A stretch of DNA of 64,000 bases, taken from the NCBI GenBank assembly GCA_965113315.1, contig OZ220375.1. One strand, written 5' to 3'. Source of the DNA: Podarcis vaucheri. Lineage: Eukaryota. This document shows, one piece after another, positions 1 to 11,930 of the stretch; position 1 is the stretch's first letter, and each line of letters opens with the position of its first letter. The notes beneath the pieces were generated by a model, which saw only the letters and a list, made by a program, of their open reading frames with translations, made no database searches and was not told the DNA's origin. A program made the translations under genes and the position numbers.

Positions 1-646
1 AGGGTGCCAGTGTACCTATGAAGGATATTATGAAGGCTGTAGTTTCAACCAGATTGGTATCATTGCATGAAAGTCTTATCATTGGGATCAAATCACAGAA
101 GAAATTATTGATTTTGTTGGGTCCACAGAATTGCAGCTGAGATACCAAAAATATTATGAGACTGATAAACAGTGATCCACTGATCCATGATCCAGCAATA
201 AGCATGATACAAATTCTCCCATTCATGAGCATTACATAATGCAACGGTTTGCAAATGGCTAAGTAACGATCATAAGACATCACTGCTAGAAAGTAACATT
301 CTGTAGTTGCAAGATAACCAAAGAAATACAGCTGGGCAAAGCATCCATTAATAGAAATGGTTCTGTCCCCAGTCAGAAAACTGACCAGCATCCTTGGCAT
401 GATGGTTGAGCTGTAGCAAGTCTCCAGGCAGGACAGGTTTCCCAGGAAGAAATACATGGGTGTGTGAAGATGCTGATTGAGGACTACTAGAATAATAATG
501 AGAATGTTTCCAGCCATTGTCACAAGGTAGATAGGAAGAAAAAGTATGGAAAATAATGTCTGTAAGTCCTCACTATTAAAGTCCAAGAGGATGAATGCCA
601 CAGGAGCTGTTTGGTTTTCCTCTTCTGTGTTGACATTCAGTTTCAT
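1..646 (-). CDS. Olfactory receptor, 5' part (3' end outside window)
   Basis: Not in the ORF track. Manual translation from ATG 646 gives MKLNVNTEEENQTAPVAF...LHTPMYFFLGNLS...MSYDRYLAICKPLHY...INNFFCD..., open for 215 codons to the window edge. The acceptor AG (648-647) abuts the ATG. The usual HFFCD reads NFFCD here. Confidence 0.93.
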   Translation of the reverse strand, partial: MKLNVNTEEENQTAPVAFILLDFNSEDLQTLFSILFLPIYLVTMAGNILIIILVVLNQHLHTPMYFFLGNLSCLETCYSSTIMPRMLVSFLTGDRTISINGCFAQLYFFGYLATTECYFLAVMSYDRYLAICKPLHYVMLMNGRICIMLIAGSWISGSLFISLIIFLVSQLQFCGPNKINNFFCDLIPMIRLSCNDTNLVETTAFIISFIGTLAP

Positions 647-2003
647 CTAAGTAACATCAGATAACATTAATGAATATTTAGGTTTGAATATGTGATTGAG
701 AAGTTACAGCCTGTTAGCTGTATTTAGATCAAACGTGATGAAATCAATGAACTTTTTATTATTATATTAACCTTCTATTGTTTTCTCTCCATGAAGTGCA
801 AGGTAATACACATTCTTCTCCCACTAGCTTCTATCCTCACCTTGTGAGGTTAGGATAAGGGGAAGCAAGGATTTGAAACTGGATTTCACTAGGCATGATG
901 TTCTAATCACTACTCCACTCTGGATTTCAATATTAACTTAAGCCCCATTGATTTTAAAAATCAAGCAATGGTTTCTGGTGTATATCTATGAAAGTTAAGC
1001 AACCCACCATAACTCTTTTTAACTATGTTATGAAACTAATAATGCTTTACTTGTAGGTTCTTTTCTAAAGTTTCGAACAGTGATTGGCCACTATGGCTCT
1101 ACTTATGTTATTGGACCACAAGTGCCATTACTCTTGACCATTGACCATGATGACAATGTATAGTGAGAGCTGGAGTCCAAAATCTGGTTTGCAGTATTAT
1201 TATTTTTCAAAAAAATTGCTGTTCTAGTAAAAAATCTGTAGCTTGATCATTTTCCTAGGCCTGTTTTACACATACTGAAGTTCTCTCAGGACGTTACTAG
1301 CCAGCTCATCCTTGCATGGCAAAGAGGAGGAACAAAATTTATAGTCACAAATATTTGACTAGAAATCCTGTCTACTAAGATGTACGTCCTACTGAACTTA
1401 GTGTGGCTTGCTCTGAAACATAGTGTTTATAGGATTACAATCTTAAAAGACTGGAAGCTGCTATGTTACCATAGATATACCAATCTAAAATGTAGAATCC
1501 AAAAAGAAGTTATTTAAATGATGATATCTGAATAACATAATTACATTACATGAGTTCAGAACAAAATGCATTATATCAATGAAGAGACATAGGGGACTCC
1601 AACAGGCATATTTTAGGGTTTGCAGAACAAATAACAGCTAGATTTTAGGGCCACTGTGAATGGGGTCAGGTGTGAAATGGCAAGTCCTAAATCTTAAGTC
1701 CACTAAGTGGGCTGCTGACAAGCCAAAAAGTAACATGTCCCACTACAATGACAACTCTTTCAGCTCTGCCTTAGCAGTTGTGGGTGCCTTAGCAGTTGTG
1801 GGATAGATCCCTCATTACATGATTCCAGTGTACAAGAGACTGGATTGGCTATTATATTTTCATACTCATTTTTAGATCTTTTACATTAAACTGACAGATT
1901 AATGCATTGAATTAAATGGACATTACAAAATCCTAAGCACTTTGTTTGGATTGTGTAGCAGAGCTCCAAATTGGTGCTAAAAGCTTTATTTCCATGGATC
2001 CTT

Positions 2004-2420
2004 ACCTTAACATCAGAACACATTAGATGATGAATCCCATAAAGTTCTGGATCAATCTACCTTTTCATTGTGGTATTCAGCACACATCTGCTCTCAAATG
2101 TAAATTGCATGGATGCCATCCTATTACCGACAATCCCTCAAAACATCCATCTAGAAAATGTCCTTGCATGTTTGACAATTCTCTGTTTATATTGAAAATA
2201 TGAATGTCTCTTCTTGGTTAATGTCATCCATTGCCAAATATATCTTATATAAAGTTATATAATGCACCTGAAAAGTCTCACTGATAAATGGAAAAAACAT
2301 TTCAAAATCATTTGGGAAATCACTGACTCCCCCCTGATCAGTGGGTTATCTTAATGATTGCAAATTCTCTGTAGTTTTCCCTCCCTGAGGTCAAGAGCTA
2401 TGAAGAAATTCACTAGAAAA
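2004..2420 (-). promoter_or_regulatory. Putative promoter and 5' non-coding exon of OR 1-646
   Basis: Donor TTAAG|GTAAG (GT 2005-2004). Paralogue-conserved blocks CTGAAAAGTCTCACTG (~2268) and ATCATTTGGGAAATC (~2307). Confidence 0.65.
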
Positions 2421-2874
2421 ATAATCCCTGCCAGTAAATCTTGCGTTCAGAACTCTATATGATTTTGTATATTTTTTCCACTTTTCCTTTATTTTGCAAG
2501 TTGCAAATCCATCTACCAGCACTGAGATCACCACTCAACCCAGGTTGTTATAATCAAGACAGTGAATACATTATAGTGTAATGCATGTTAGCAATTCATG
2601 AGAAACATGTCATGCCTGGAGCCTTGCTCATTCTTCTGCTTGCTTTTAATGAACTTCTTCACCATACCTAGCTTTGAGATGAGAAGTTAGCTTCACTAAC
2701 TTTGTCTTTTAAGTGCCTAAAGACTCTTTGCAATGTTTTCCTGAAAAAAGACTAACAGGCCTCTGCAAAATTAATTAACATTGAAATGGACACACAGGAA
2801 GGTAATTTATTTGTAAATATTTGTTAAACCATCATTTGATGGCTGATATATGAACTTTTACTGTGTGCTATAAT

Positions 2875-3233
2875 CAGTGCTTTTTTCTAGGGGTATGCAT
2901 ACCCCTAAACATTTTGTGAATCTTTGTACAGTGGACCCTCTGGATATGAATTAAATTTGTTCCGGGGTTCTGTCTGCAACCCGAAAAGTCCATAGGCAGA
3001 GGCGCCACTTCTGCGCATGCATGCATGGTGAAATCCTTAAGTATACGCTTCCCGGTTTGCTGCGTTTGTAACCCGAAAGTTACGTATCCAGAGCAGTATG
3101 TAACTAAAGGGTCCACTGTACTTTTGTCTATTTACGGTATTTATTTCCCTTAATTTGAACTATAAAATGGTGCTTTTCTTGAATCAAAATGAGAGTACCC
3201 CAAAACATTTTTTTAGGGGGGGGGGGAAATGCA
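2875..3233. mobile_element. Non-autonomous DNA element (CAGTGCTTTTT terminus, hAT-like) interrupted by a MITE
   Basis: The two halves join and align with the uninterrupted copy at ~35878-36005. Confidence 0.7.
2929..3118. mobile_element. Tc1/mariner (Tigger/pogo-like) MITE
   Basis: TIR CAGTGGACCCT...AGGGTCCACTG, TA on both sides. Confidence 0.88.
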
Positions 3234-4098
3234 GGCTATAATATATTCTTTTAAAGCAGGGTGAGGAACCTCAGGCCATGTTTGCTCTCTAACCTCCAGG
3301 CACACTTTCCGTCCAGGTCATACCCTTCACTTGTCTTGCTTCCTGGAAGGTCTCTCTGAACTCTAATAAAGCACCCTTGCTTGCTGGATTTGAAAGATGT
3401 CCATGAAGAAACATCTGGCATTTATGAAAAAAGTCCCCCTGCTTTAGTTTTAAAAAATGAATAGCCAATGTGGCTGGTACTTAGAACAAAAGAAACACAG
3501 AAATATAAAGTTGGAAGGAGACCTAATGTTGGATGGTCATCTAATCCAGCCCACTGCAGTGCAGGAGTCTTTTGCCCCTTTGTTTGAATGCCAACAGGAA
3601 GCTTAACTAAATAACAATTAAAAAGAGACTACTTTCCAGAGTCCTGTGTCCAAAGTATAGACCAATACAAAATATATAAAAAGTTTCTTTATTAGACACC
3701 ATACACCAGACACCAGAAACATTCATACTGAGGATATAGAATGGTATCTACTTGATTTCTCATTATGCAGTTTCCCCCATTTCACCCTAAATTTCAACAA
3801 ATTCTATGAGACACCTTGAACACTTTTTTTCTTGGCATGTGCTTTATGCCATTGTTCTTCAAACTGCATATAAGGGGTTGACCAAATCGTCTAAGGCATA
3901 TATTGTGGTTGGAAGAATGACTTCTGATAGTTGTGTCAGTGTTTAATGTCTTTCCAACTTGAGTGTCAACAAGGGCTACAAAGCAGACAATTTTCCAGGA
4001 TCCTGCCTCTAAAATTATGATTTAACAACATGCATTAATATCACTTCCTTTATTAGTCAGCATAAAGCATTCACATTCTGAAGGCAGAAAGTTTTTCC

Positions 4099-5055
4099 TT
4101 AATAATAATGCCTCTGAAGCATCTTGCATGTTTTTTTAATTGCTTCCTTTACCTCTTTGTTCCTCAAGCTGTACACAAGGGGATTGACTAGTGGGGTGAG
4201 CAAAGTGTAGAACAGAGAAAAGAATTTCTTCAAATCACTCAGTGAACTCATGTTTGGTAAGACATAGACTATCATCAGGGAGCCATAAAAGCAAGCAACC
4301 ACAGTCAAGTGAGAGGAGCATGTAGAGAATGCCTTTTGTTTACCAGTGGTGGATGGGATTCTTAAAATGTTTTTGATAATGTAAACATAAGATGACACAG
4401 TTATGACAAAGGGTGCCAGAGTACCTATGGAGGATAGTATGAAGGTTGTAGTTTCAATCAAATCAGTCTCATTACAGGAAAGTCTTACCATGGGGGTGAA
4501 ATCACAGAAGAAATGGTTGATTTTGTTGGGTCCACAGAAATTCAGTTGAGACATGAAGAATATTATTGGACTCATTGCCAGACACGCAATGATCCATGGT
4601 CCAACAATCAGCAGAATGCAGATTCTGTCATTCATAAGTATTGTGTAATGCAATGGTTTGCATATTGCTAAATAGCGATCATATGACATCACTGCTAGTA
4701 AGTAACATTCTGCAGCTGCAAGAGACCCAAAGAAATACAGCTGTGTAAAGCACCCTTTAATAGAAATAGTTCTGTCTCCAGTCAGAAAACTGACCAGCAT
4801 CCTTGGCATGATGGTTGAGCTGTAACAGGTTTCCAGGCAGGACAGGTTTCCCAGGAAGAAATACATGGGTGTGTGAAGGTGTTGATCAGTAACCACTAAA
4901 ATAATAATGAGGATGTTCCCAGCCATGGTTACAATGTAGATAGTTAGGAACAGTATGGAAAATAACATCTGTAGGTCATCATTGTTAAAATCTAAGAGAA
5001 TAAATGCTACAGGAGCTGTCTGATTTTCTTCTTTCTCATTGACAGTCAAGTGCAT
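4099..5055 (-). CDS. Olfactory receptor (class II/gamma type), 318 aa
   Basis: OR motifs LHTPMYFFL, MSYDRYLAIC, HFFCD, KAFSTCSSHL, PLVNPLVYSLRN; N-terminal NQT sequon; ttag|ATG. Confidence 0.97.
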   Translation of the reverse strand: MHLTVNEKEENQTAPVAFILLDFNNDDLQMLFSILFLTIYIVTMAGNILIIILVVTDQHLHTPMYFFLGNLSCLETCYSSTIMPRMLVSFLTGDRTISIKGCFTQLYFFGSLAAAECYLLAVMSYDRYLAICKPLHYTILMNDRICILLIVGPWIIACLAMSPIIFFMSQLNFCGPNKINHFFCDFTPMVRLSCNETDLIETTTFILSSIGTLAPFVITVSSYVYIIKNILRIPSTTGKQKAFSTCSSHLTVVACFYGSLMIVYVLPNMSSLSDLKKFFSLFYTLLTPLVNPLVYSLRNKEVKEAIKKTCKMLQRHYY

Positions 5056-5682
5056 CTAAGGAATAATACATAGCAATTAGGCATGAATATTTGTTTGAGG
5101 ATCCTCAGAAGATTAGTAGAGCAGACTGATATAAATATATCGCTTTAACTCCAAGGAGTACAGCTGCACTCTTACACTAAGCAGCACAACATTCTGTGTC
5201 TCGTGACCAACTTTCCCCCCTTTATTTCAAAGGTTCTATTTTTGTTTTGTGAGTATATCCAGTATTAACTAGGAAAAATTAAACAAGAAATCTTTTGCTA
5301 GAATATGTTGCAAAATTCAGTATAACAATAAAATAATGTGTGTATGTGAAAGAAATGGGTGCAACAGATGTGGGGAGCCTGCGGCTGTCCATCTGGGATT
5401 CGACATTTATTCATGATGGCCACAGATTCCAAATTCCTGGTTTTCATTGGTCTATTTGTTTTGCTTTAGTTACAATAAAGCTCATTCAGTTTAGTCTCTC
5501 AGGAGCTCACACACTTATTCCCTAGTAGTGATGTTGGAAGAGTCTGTTGAACAAAAAAAAAATCAAGCACATTTCCTTATGTTGAGCCCATCCTACCCCC
5601 AAAAAATGTTTGCAATGATTTATTTCACCACACATCTCTACTAATATATTTTTTTAGAAACATGAACACTTTGTTTAAGGTA

Positions 5683-6216
5683 CCGTATTTTTCGCTCTAT
5701 AAGACACACTTTTTGCCTCCTAAAAAGTAAGGGTAAATGTGTGTGTGTCTTATGGAGCGAATGTAGGCTGTGCAGCTTTTGCTGAAGCCAGAACAGCAAG
5801 AGGGATCTCTGCGCAGCGAAAGCAGTGATCCCTCTTGCTGTTCTGACTTCACTTTGCTGGAGAGGCGTTGTGCAGAGAGGGAGATCTGTGCAGTGCCCCT
5901 CGTCTAATCCCCTTTTGAAGTCATCCAAGTTAGTAGCTGTCACTCAGTCTTGTAGCAAGTTCTGTCTTTTAACCATACATTGTGCAAAGTTCTTCCTTTT
6001 GTCTGCCCTGATCTCCTACCTAGCCGCTTCCTTGGATGTGTGTGGGGCGGGGATATAAGTATCTTCAAGGTTCAGGGTATCCTGATGAAACCCTTCGGTT
6101 GTTTATTAAATAGTTTAGTACAACATTTGATTCAGAATATTTTTTTTCTTGTTTTCCTCCTCTAAAAACGAGGTGTGTCTTATGGTTGGGTGCATCTTAT
6201 AGAGCGAAAAATATGA
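5683..6216. mobile_element. Tigger/pogo-like MITE with an internal CR1-like fragment
   Basis: TA then CCGTATTTTTCGCTCTATAAGA ... TCTTATAGAGCGAAAAATATG inverted termini. Internal ~5899-6010 reads ATNLDDFKRGLD on the minus strand (CR1-clade ORF2 end). Confidence 0.8.
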
Positions 6217-6238
6217 AAAATATTTTCATACCACTTTA

Positions 6239-6595
6239 GGTAAAGGTAAAGGATAATTAAGTCCAGTCAAAGGCATCTGGGGTTGCAGTGCTCATCTCGC
6301 TTTAAGGCCGAGGGAGCTGGAGTTTGTCCACAGACAGCTTTCCAGGTCATGTGGCCAGCATGACTAAACTGCTTCTGGTGCAATGGAACACTGTGATGGA
6401 AGCCAGAATGACGGAAATGCCGTTTCCCTTCCCACCACAGCGGTACCTATTTATCCACTTGCACTGGCATGCTTTCAAACTGCTAGGTAGGCAGGAGCTG
6501 GGACAGAAGCTCACCCCGTTGTGTGGATTTGAACTGCCAGCTTTCTGATCGGCAAGCCCAAGAGGCTCAGTGGTTTATACCACAGCACCACCCTC
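6239..6595 (-). mobile_element. Sauria SINE
   Basis: GGTAAAGGTAAAGG tail and GGTCATGTGGCCAGCATGACT core; reverse-complement homologue of 9120-9482. Confidence 0.88.
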
Positions 6596-8008
6596 ATCCA
6601 CTTTATCATTAATATTGCTAAGTAGTACATACTATTCCAAAAAGTAAACTATATAAAATAGAAGAATCATTTCAAAATCATCAAAAAGCTTGCTGATATA
6701 AGAAAGTGTTTTGTCACATGCCAGAAGGTCAATAAAGAGGGTCCCTATCTAAATCTCAGGCCAGGGGGAGTTTATGAGGCTTGGGCCTTGTAAATACGTA
6801 CATAAGTCTATTGGATATGGAAGAGAGAGAAGAGACTGACTGCCACCCAAGAAGATGGTGGCAGATAAAGAGGGCTTAATTCTCCACAAAATCAGATCCT
6901 TATAATGTCTGGAGCCAGTGAGCCAAGCAAAAAGAATGCATATGGAGAACAATTGATTAATCAGGTGTAAATCAGGAAAAGGTTGTTCCTTGTGGTGGCA
7001 CTGTCAGTGATGTGTTTTACTAGTAATTAAAGACATTCCTGTTTGCCTAAGCATTTATTATTTAACATTGTTGTACATTACTGTGAAACATTTTGTGAAA
7101 AGCAATATAAAATATATAAATTAAAAATCAGATAAACAAGCAACAACAACAAAAAATACCCCATTCACTGAGAGGACAGCAAAAATAAAACCAAAGAAAG
7201 GATGGAAGAAGCACAGGATTCAACAGAGTCTTGTATCATTTCCATAATGTTTCAGACTTGAAAAGCCTATTACAACATAGCTGAGTTACATTTTACCTTA
7301 AGACACTGGGAGGCAACTGTGGAGGCCATCAGTGCCACAACCGGAACCATGTGATCAATAATGGGGAACCTATGGCTGTCCAGATGTAAGTCAAGGGTGG
7401 GGAAACTGTCGCCTTCCACATGGACTTGTAGCCAAGCAGCATCTGTAGGGAGAGAAGTTCACCACTTCTGAGCAACAATAAAAATCACTTACACAGTGGT
7501 TGCTCTATCAGCACACCCTCTGTATCAACTGCTCCATCCCACTACCTCAAGGTGTGATTTCCCCCTCCTAGTTTGAACATAATGCAGTAGGCAATGCTAG
7601 TTCAATGTATCAGTGTGCCTCAGAGTATTTCATTTTCCCATAAGGAAGGGAGGGAAATAAAGAGTCCAAGTTGGCAGATCAATTTCTTAAGGGGCCACTA
7701 AGTATATGGAATCAGATATAGAACACAAAAGTCGTAGCTGACATGCTCAAAAGACACAAATGCAATTCCATTGATGTGTCTCTCTTCAAACTTAACAGCC
7801 ATTTGGTTTTTGGTCATTTGACTCCTAGTCCAAGAGAGAATAGATTGACTTATGCCATTTTAAATCTTCATTTTTACATCTTTTAACTCAAACTAGAAGC
7901 TAAATACATAGAAATTTAAATGGGCATGAAACTATGTCCAACAACTTCATTCATATTCTGGACCAGATCACTGAATTCATGCTAAAGTGCTCCTTTCAAG
8001 GAGTTCTT

Positions 8009-8430
8009 ACCTTAAAGCCACAACACACTAGATGGCTGAAGAGTTGGGTTTGCTTCATCTTAGAATGCAAAGTACTTGTAAAAGAATGGAAATAAATGCA
8101 CTTTCTGCTGGTCTTCAGTGCACTCTATCTTTTGAATGTATATTCTATCATGTATTTCATGAAAATGTGGCAATCCTCTGTAATAATGAAAATATTATTG
8201 TCTCTGCTTGAACTGTGCAGCCATTGCTGCATATAACCAATTTATATGCATCTATCACTGCATCTGAAAAGTCTCACTGGGAAAGGAGTATGCAAGAGTA
8301 AAAAAACAAAAACAAAAAACCTATCAAAATCATATGGGAAACCAAGGACTCCACAATGATTAATGAGTTTTCCTCATTCTGAGAAATCCTTTGTAGATTT
8401 CCTCAGACCAAGAGCCCTGGAGAAATCATT
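8009..8430 (-). promoter_or_regulatory. Putative promoter and 5' non-coding exon of OR 4099-5055
   Basis: Donor GGCTTTAAG|GTAAG (GT 8010-8009); TCTCACTGGGA (~8272); ATCATATGGGAAA (~8329). Confidence 0.65.
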
Positions 8431-9119
8431 GCACCATCTGGACTAGGATTCAGGATTTTAGCTGATATATGTTCATTTGTTTTGTCCTTTTGTATGTTTC
8501 AAATGTCTGGCAGCAGGGAGAGTACCACTCTGTCAATATCAGCTTTTCTCAGTCTTGGGTCCCCAGAGGTTGTTGGACTACAACTCCAGTCATCCCTGAT
8601 GTCTGGTCCTGCTAGCAAAGGATGATGTCCATCAGTATCTGGTAACAAGACAAACTAGCTCCAGTTTTTGTCAAGGGTGGGCATAGAAACAATTCTGAAG
8701 TTGCCTTTCCTATCCAATTACTGTTCTGCAAGCAATCCCATTTCATTTCCTTATGAGAATTATTATAAGGAGATGATGGAATGGCTTCTTAAGATGTGTA
8801 TGATGTAGCAACATTCCTGGAGAGAGGACAGATCACATACAAAATGGGAGTACTAGGAGAAATTAATAAAATGCAGATAAAATTTTGTCATTTTTTTTTA
8901 AATGAATGTGGAGAGGTGGAGACCTGAATATAAGAGTGGGGGGGTGGTGATGAGAAAAGTAAATAAACTAAAATTGAAAGGCTCACCAATCCCATGAATG
9001 TGGGCAGTGGAATGCTGATTTGAATAGAAAGCTTCTAAACAAAAAAATATATAATGGAGCTGACAGGTTTTCTGATAGTTGTGTTAGAATTTGAATTTCT
9101 GTCAACTTAAACACAAACA

Positions 9120-9482
9120 CGCGGCACGCGGGTGGCGCTGTGGGTAAAACCTCAGTGCCTAGGACTTGCCGATCGTATGGTCGGTGGTTCGAATCCCCAC
9201 GGTGGGGTGAGCTCCCGTCGTTCGGTCCCAGCTTCTGCCCACCTAGCAGTTTGAAAGCACCCCTAAGTGCAAGTAGATAAAAAGGGACCGCTTTATAGTG
9301 GGAAGGTAAACGGCGTTTCCGTGCGCTGCACTGGTGCTGGCTCGCCAGAGCAGCTTCGTCATGCTGGCCACGTGACCCGAAGTGTCTCCGGACAGTGCTG
9401 GCTCCCGGCCTCTTAAGTGAGATGAGCGCACAACCCTAGAGTTGGACACGACTGGCCTGTACGGGCAGGGGTACCTTTACCT
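9120..9482 (+). mobile_element. Sauria SINE, full length with 13-bp TSD
   Basis: Pol III A/B boxes (GGTGGCGCTGTGG, GGTTCGAATCC), ACCTTT tail, TSD TTAAACACAAACA at 9107-9119 and 9483-9495. Confidence 0.93.
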
Positions 9483-9694
9483 TTAAACACAAACAGGAAG
9501 TCTACATATATGATTGCAAAACAGACTGATTTCTGGACCTTGCCTCCGAAACAAACATTGACAAAATGCATTACGATTTCTTTCTTTATTCAATAGCTTA
9601 AAACATCAACATCATGGGGGGGGGGGAAAGAGGTTTCCACCTTGTTTCCCACACTTTAGAGGTAAAAGAGTTATCCTGGTTTTTCTTCTGAATT

Positions 9695-10651
9695 TTAATA
9701 AATTCTATTGAACATTTTAAAGAGTGTTTTCTTTATGGCTTCCTTCACTTCTTTGTTCCGCAAACTGTATACAAGGGGGTTGACTAGTGGGGTGAGCAAA
9801 GTGTAGAACAGAGAAAAGAGTTTCTTCAAGTCGCTCAATGAATTCATGTTTGGTAAGACATAGACTATCATCAGGGAGCCATAGAAGCAAGCAACCACGG
9901 TCAGGTGAGAGGAACATGTAGAAAATGCCTTTTGTTTACCAGTGGTGGATGCAATTCTTAAAATGCTCTTGATGATGAAAGCATAAGATGTAAGTGTTAT
10001 TAGAAAGGAAGGCAGGATGCCTATACAGGAGACAATAAAGGATGCAATTTCAACAAAATACGTATCATCACAGGAGAGTCTTATCATTGGGATCAAATCA
10101 CAGAAGAAATGATTGATTTCATTTGGTCCACAGAATCTTAGTTGAGATACCAAAAATATTATAAGACTGATAATCAGTGATCCACTGATCCATGATGCAG
10201 TGATTAGCATAATGCAGATTCTGCTATTCATCAGCAATGCATAATGCAATGGTTTGCAAATTGCTAAATAGCGATCGTAAGACATCACTGCTAGAAAATA
10301 GCATTCTGTAGTTGCGAGATAACCAAAGAAATACAGCTGGGCAAAGCATCCATTAATAGAAATGGTTCTGTCCCCAGTCAGAAAACTGACCAGCATCCTT
10401 GGCATGATGGTTGAGCTGTAGCAAGTCTCCAGGCATGACAGGTTTCCCAGGAAGAAATACATGGGTGTGTGAAGATGCTGATTGAGGACTACTAGAATAA
10501 TAATGAGAATGTTTCCAGCCATGGTCACAAGGTAGATAGGAAGAAAAAGTATGGAAAACAATGTCTGTAAGTCCTCACTATTAAAGTCCAAGAGGATGAA
10601 TGCCACAGGAGCTGTTTGATTTTCCTCTTCTGAGTTGACATCTAAGTTCAT
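9695..10651 (-). CDS. Olfactory receptor, 318 aa
   Basis: All OR motifs present, uninterrupted ORF, ttag|ATG. Confidence 0.97.
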   Translation of the reverse strand: MNLDVNSEEENQTAPVAFILLDFNSEDLQTLFSILFLPIYLVTMAGNILIIILVVLNQHLHTPMYFFLGNLSCLETCYSSTIMPRMLVSFLTGDRTISINGCFAQLYFFGYLATTECYFLAVMSYDRYLAICKPLHYALLMNSRICIMLITASWISGSLIISLIIFLVSQLRFCGPNEINHFFCDLIPMIRLSCDDTYFVEIASFIVSCIGILPSFLITLTSYAFIIKSILRIASTTGKQKAFSTCSSHLTVVACFYGSLMIVYVLPNMNSLSDLKKLFSLFYTLLTPLVNPLVYSLRNKEVKEAIKKTLFKMFNRIY

Positions 10652-10819
10652 CTAAATAATTGCAATAAAAATTAAGAAATATTTAGGCTGAACTATTTGA
10701 TTCATTTGTTGTTTTAATTCAGCATATGCTCAAAGATATGAAAGTATGTTTGAGTGTATCTTTAATTATGGTTGCATTGCTGTACACACTTATTAGGGTA
10801 TAAGCTCTATTGAATTATA

Positions 10820-11045
10820 CAGTGGTACCTCGGGTTAAGAACTTAATTCATTCTAGAGGTCTGTTCTTAATCTGAAACTGTACTTAACCTGAAGCACCAC
10901 TTTAGCTAATGGGGCCTCCCGCTGCTGCCGTGCCTCCAGAGCACAATTTCTGTTCTCATCCTGAAGCAAAGTTCTTAACCCGAGGTACTATTTCTGGGTT
11001 AGTGGAGTCTGTAACCTGAAGCGTATGTAACCCGAGGTACCACTG
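10820..11045. mobile_element. Tc1/mariner MITE
   Basis: TIR CAGTGGTACCTCGGGTTA...TAACCCGAGGTACCACTG, TA TSD. Confidence 0.92.
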
Positions 11046-11930
11046 TATTACACTTTGGAATCATGCTTAGGATATGTAATTCAGACAATCACATTTTATG
11101 TATATTACAGTAGTGAAAACAATAATCCAAATAGTGAAATGTGTACATGTTGGCCTGGGGAAAAGAACCTGCTGTTATATTTCTAGTGTTCTAAATCCGA
11201 AGCAGCCATTGTCTGTTCTTCAGATGTTGTTGGACTCTAATTCTTATCAGCTCCCCCCTCCTTCCACCAGCATAGTCAATGATGAGAAATGATGCAGGTC
11301 AGCGGGGGAAAGAAAGTCCACTTTAAGAATGGACTGCACAGAGGGCATTTTGCATAGGTGCATCCAAATCAGGGAAGCATTGCTGCTTTTGCATTCTTTT
11401 ACTGGTGTCTATTAAGGTAGCCAGTGAAGCAGCACTAAAGAAGAGAACAGAAGGGGGGCTAAATTTCCATTAAAACTGCATAATCTAATTTCTATGTAAT
11501 TTTGAAAGGAATGGAGAAAGAATCAATAGGTGTCCAGTATCTCTGTACGGTCCACTTTCTGGAAGCTAAGTGCTCATGGGCTACTTCAAAGTTCCTGTCC
11601 TCCCTTCTTACAGTCATTTATTCTTAAGCCTTGAACCAGAGTGTCCTTCAAATAGATAAATGATGGACCTATGTAAACTAGGACCCTTGGGCACACTAGC
11701 TAACTTTCTGCATGGAAATTATAAGTTGCAGACTCATAAGAAATCATAGAATCATAGAATTGACTCTAGTTGTGACCATGGGGGCCATCTAGTCCAACTC
11801 CCTGCAATGCAAGAATCGTACACCCAATATGGGGCAAAAATAAAGCAGAAAGTGAGTTCCAAATTTCAGTGGCATCTTGGCTTATTTCCTTTATGTCTCA
11901 GTGAAGACAATCCATCAGAGCGCTTTGCTG

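Noticed and set aside
9120-9200. tRNA-like A and B boxes
   Set aside because: Head of the Sauria SINE, not a tRNA gene
9717-9917. Recurrent alternative-frame and antisense ORFs over ORs (also 14811-15026, 19864-20094, 42583-42846, 48007-48288)
   Set aside because: They recur only because the underlying OR codons are conserved; most lack ATG starts
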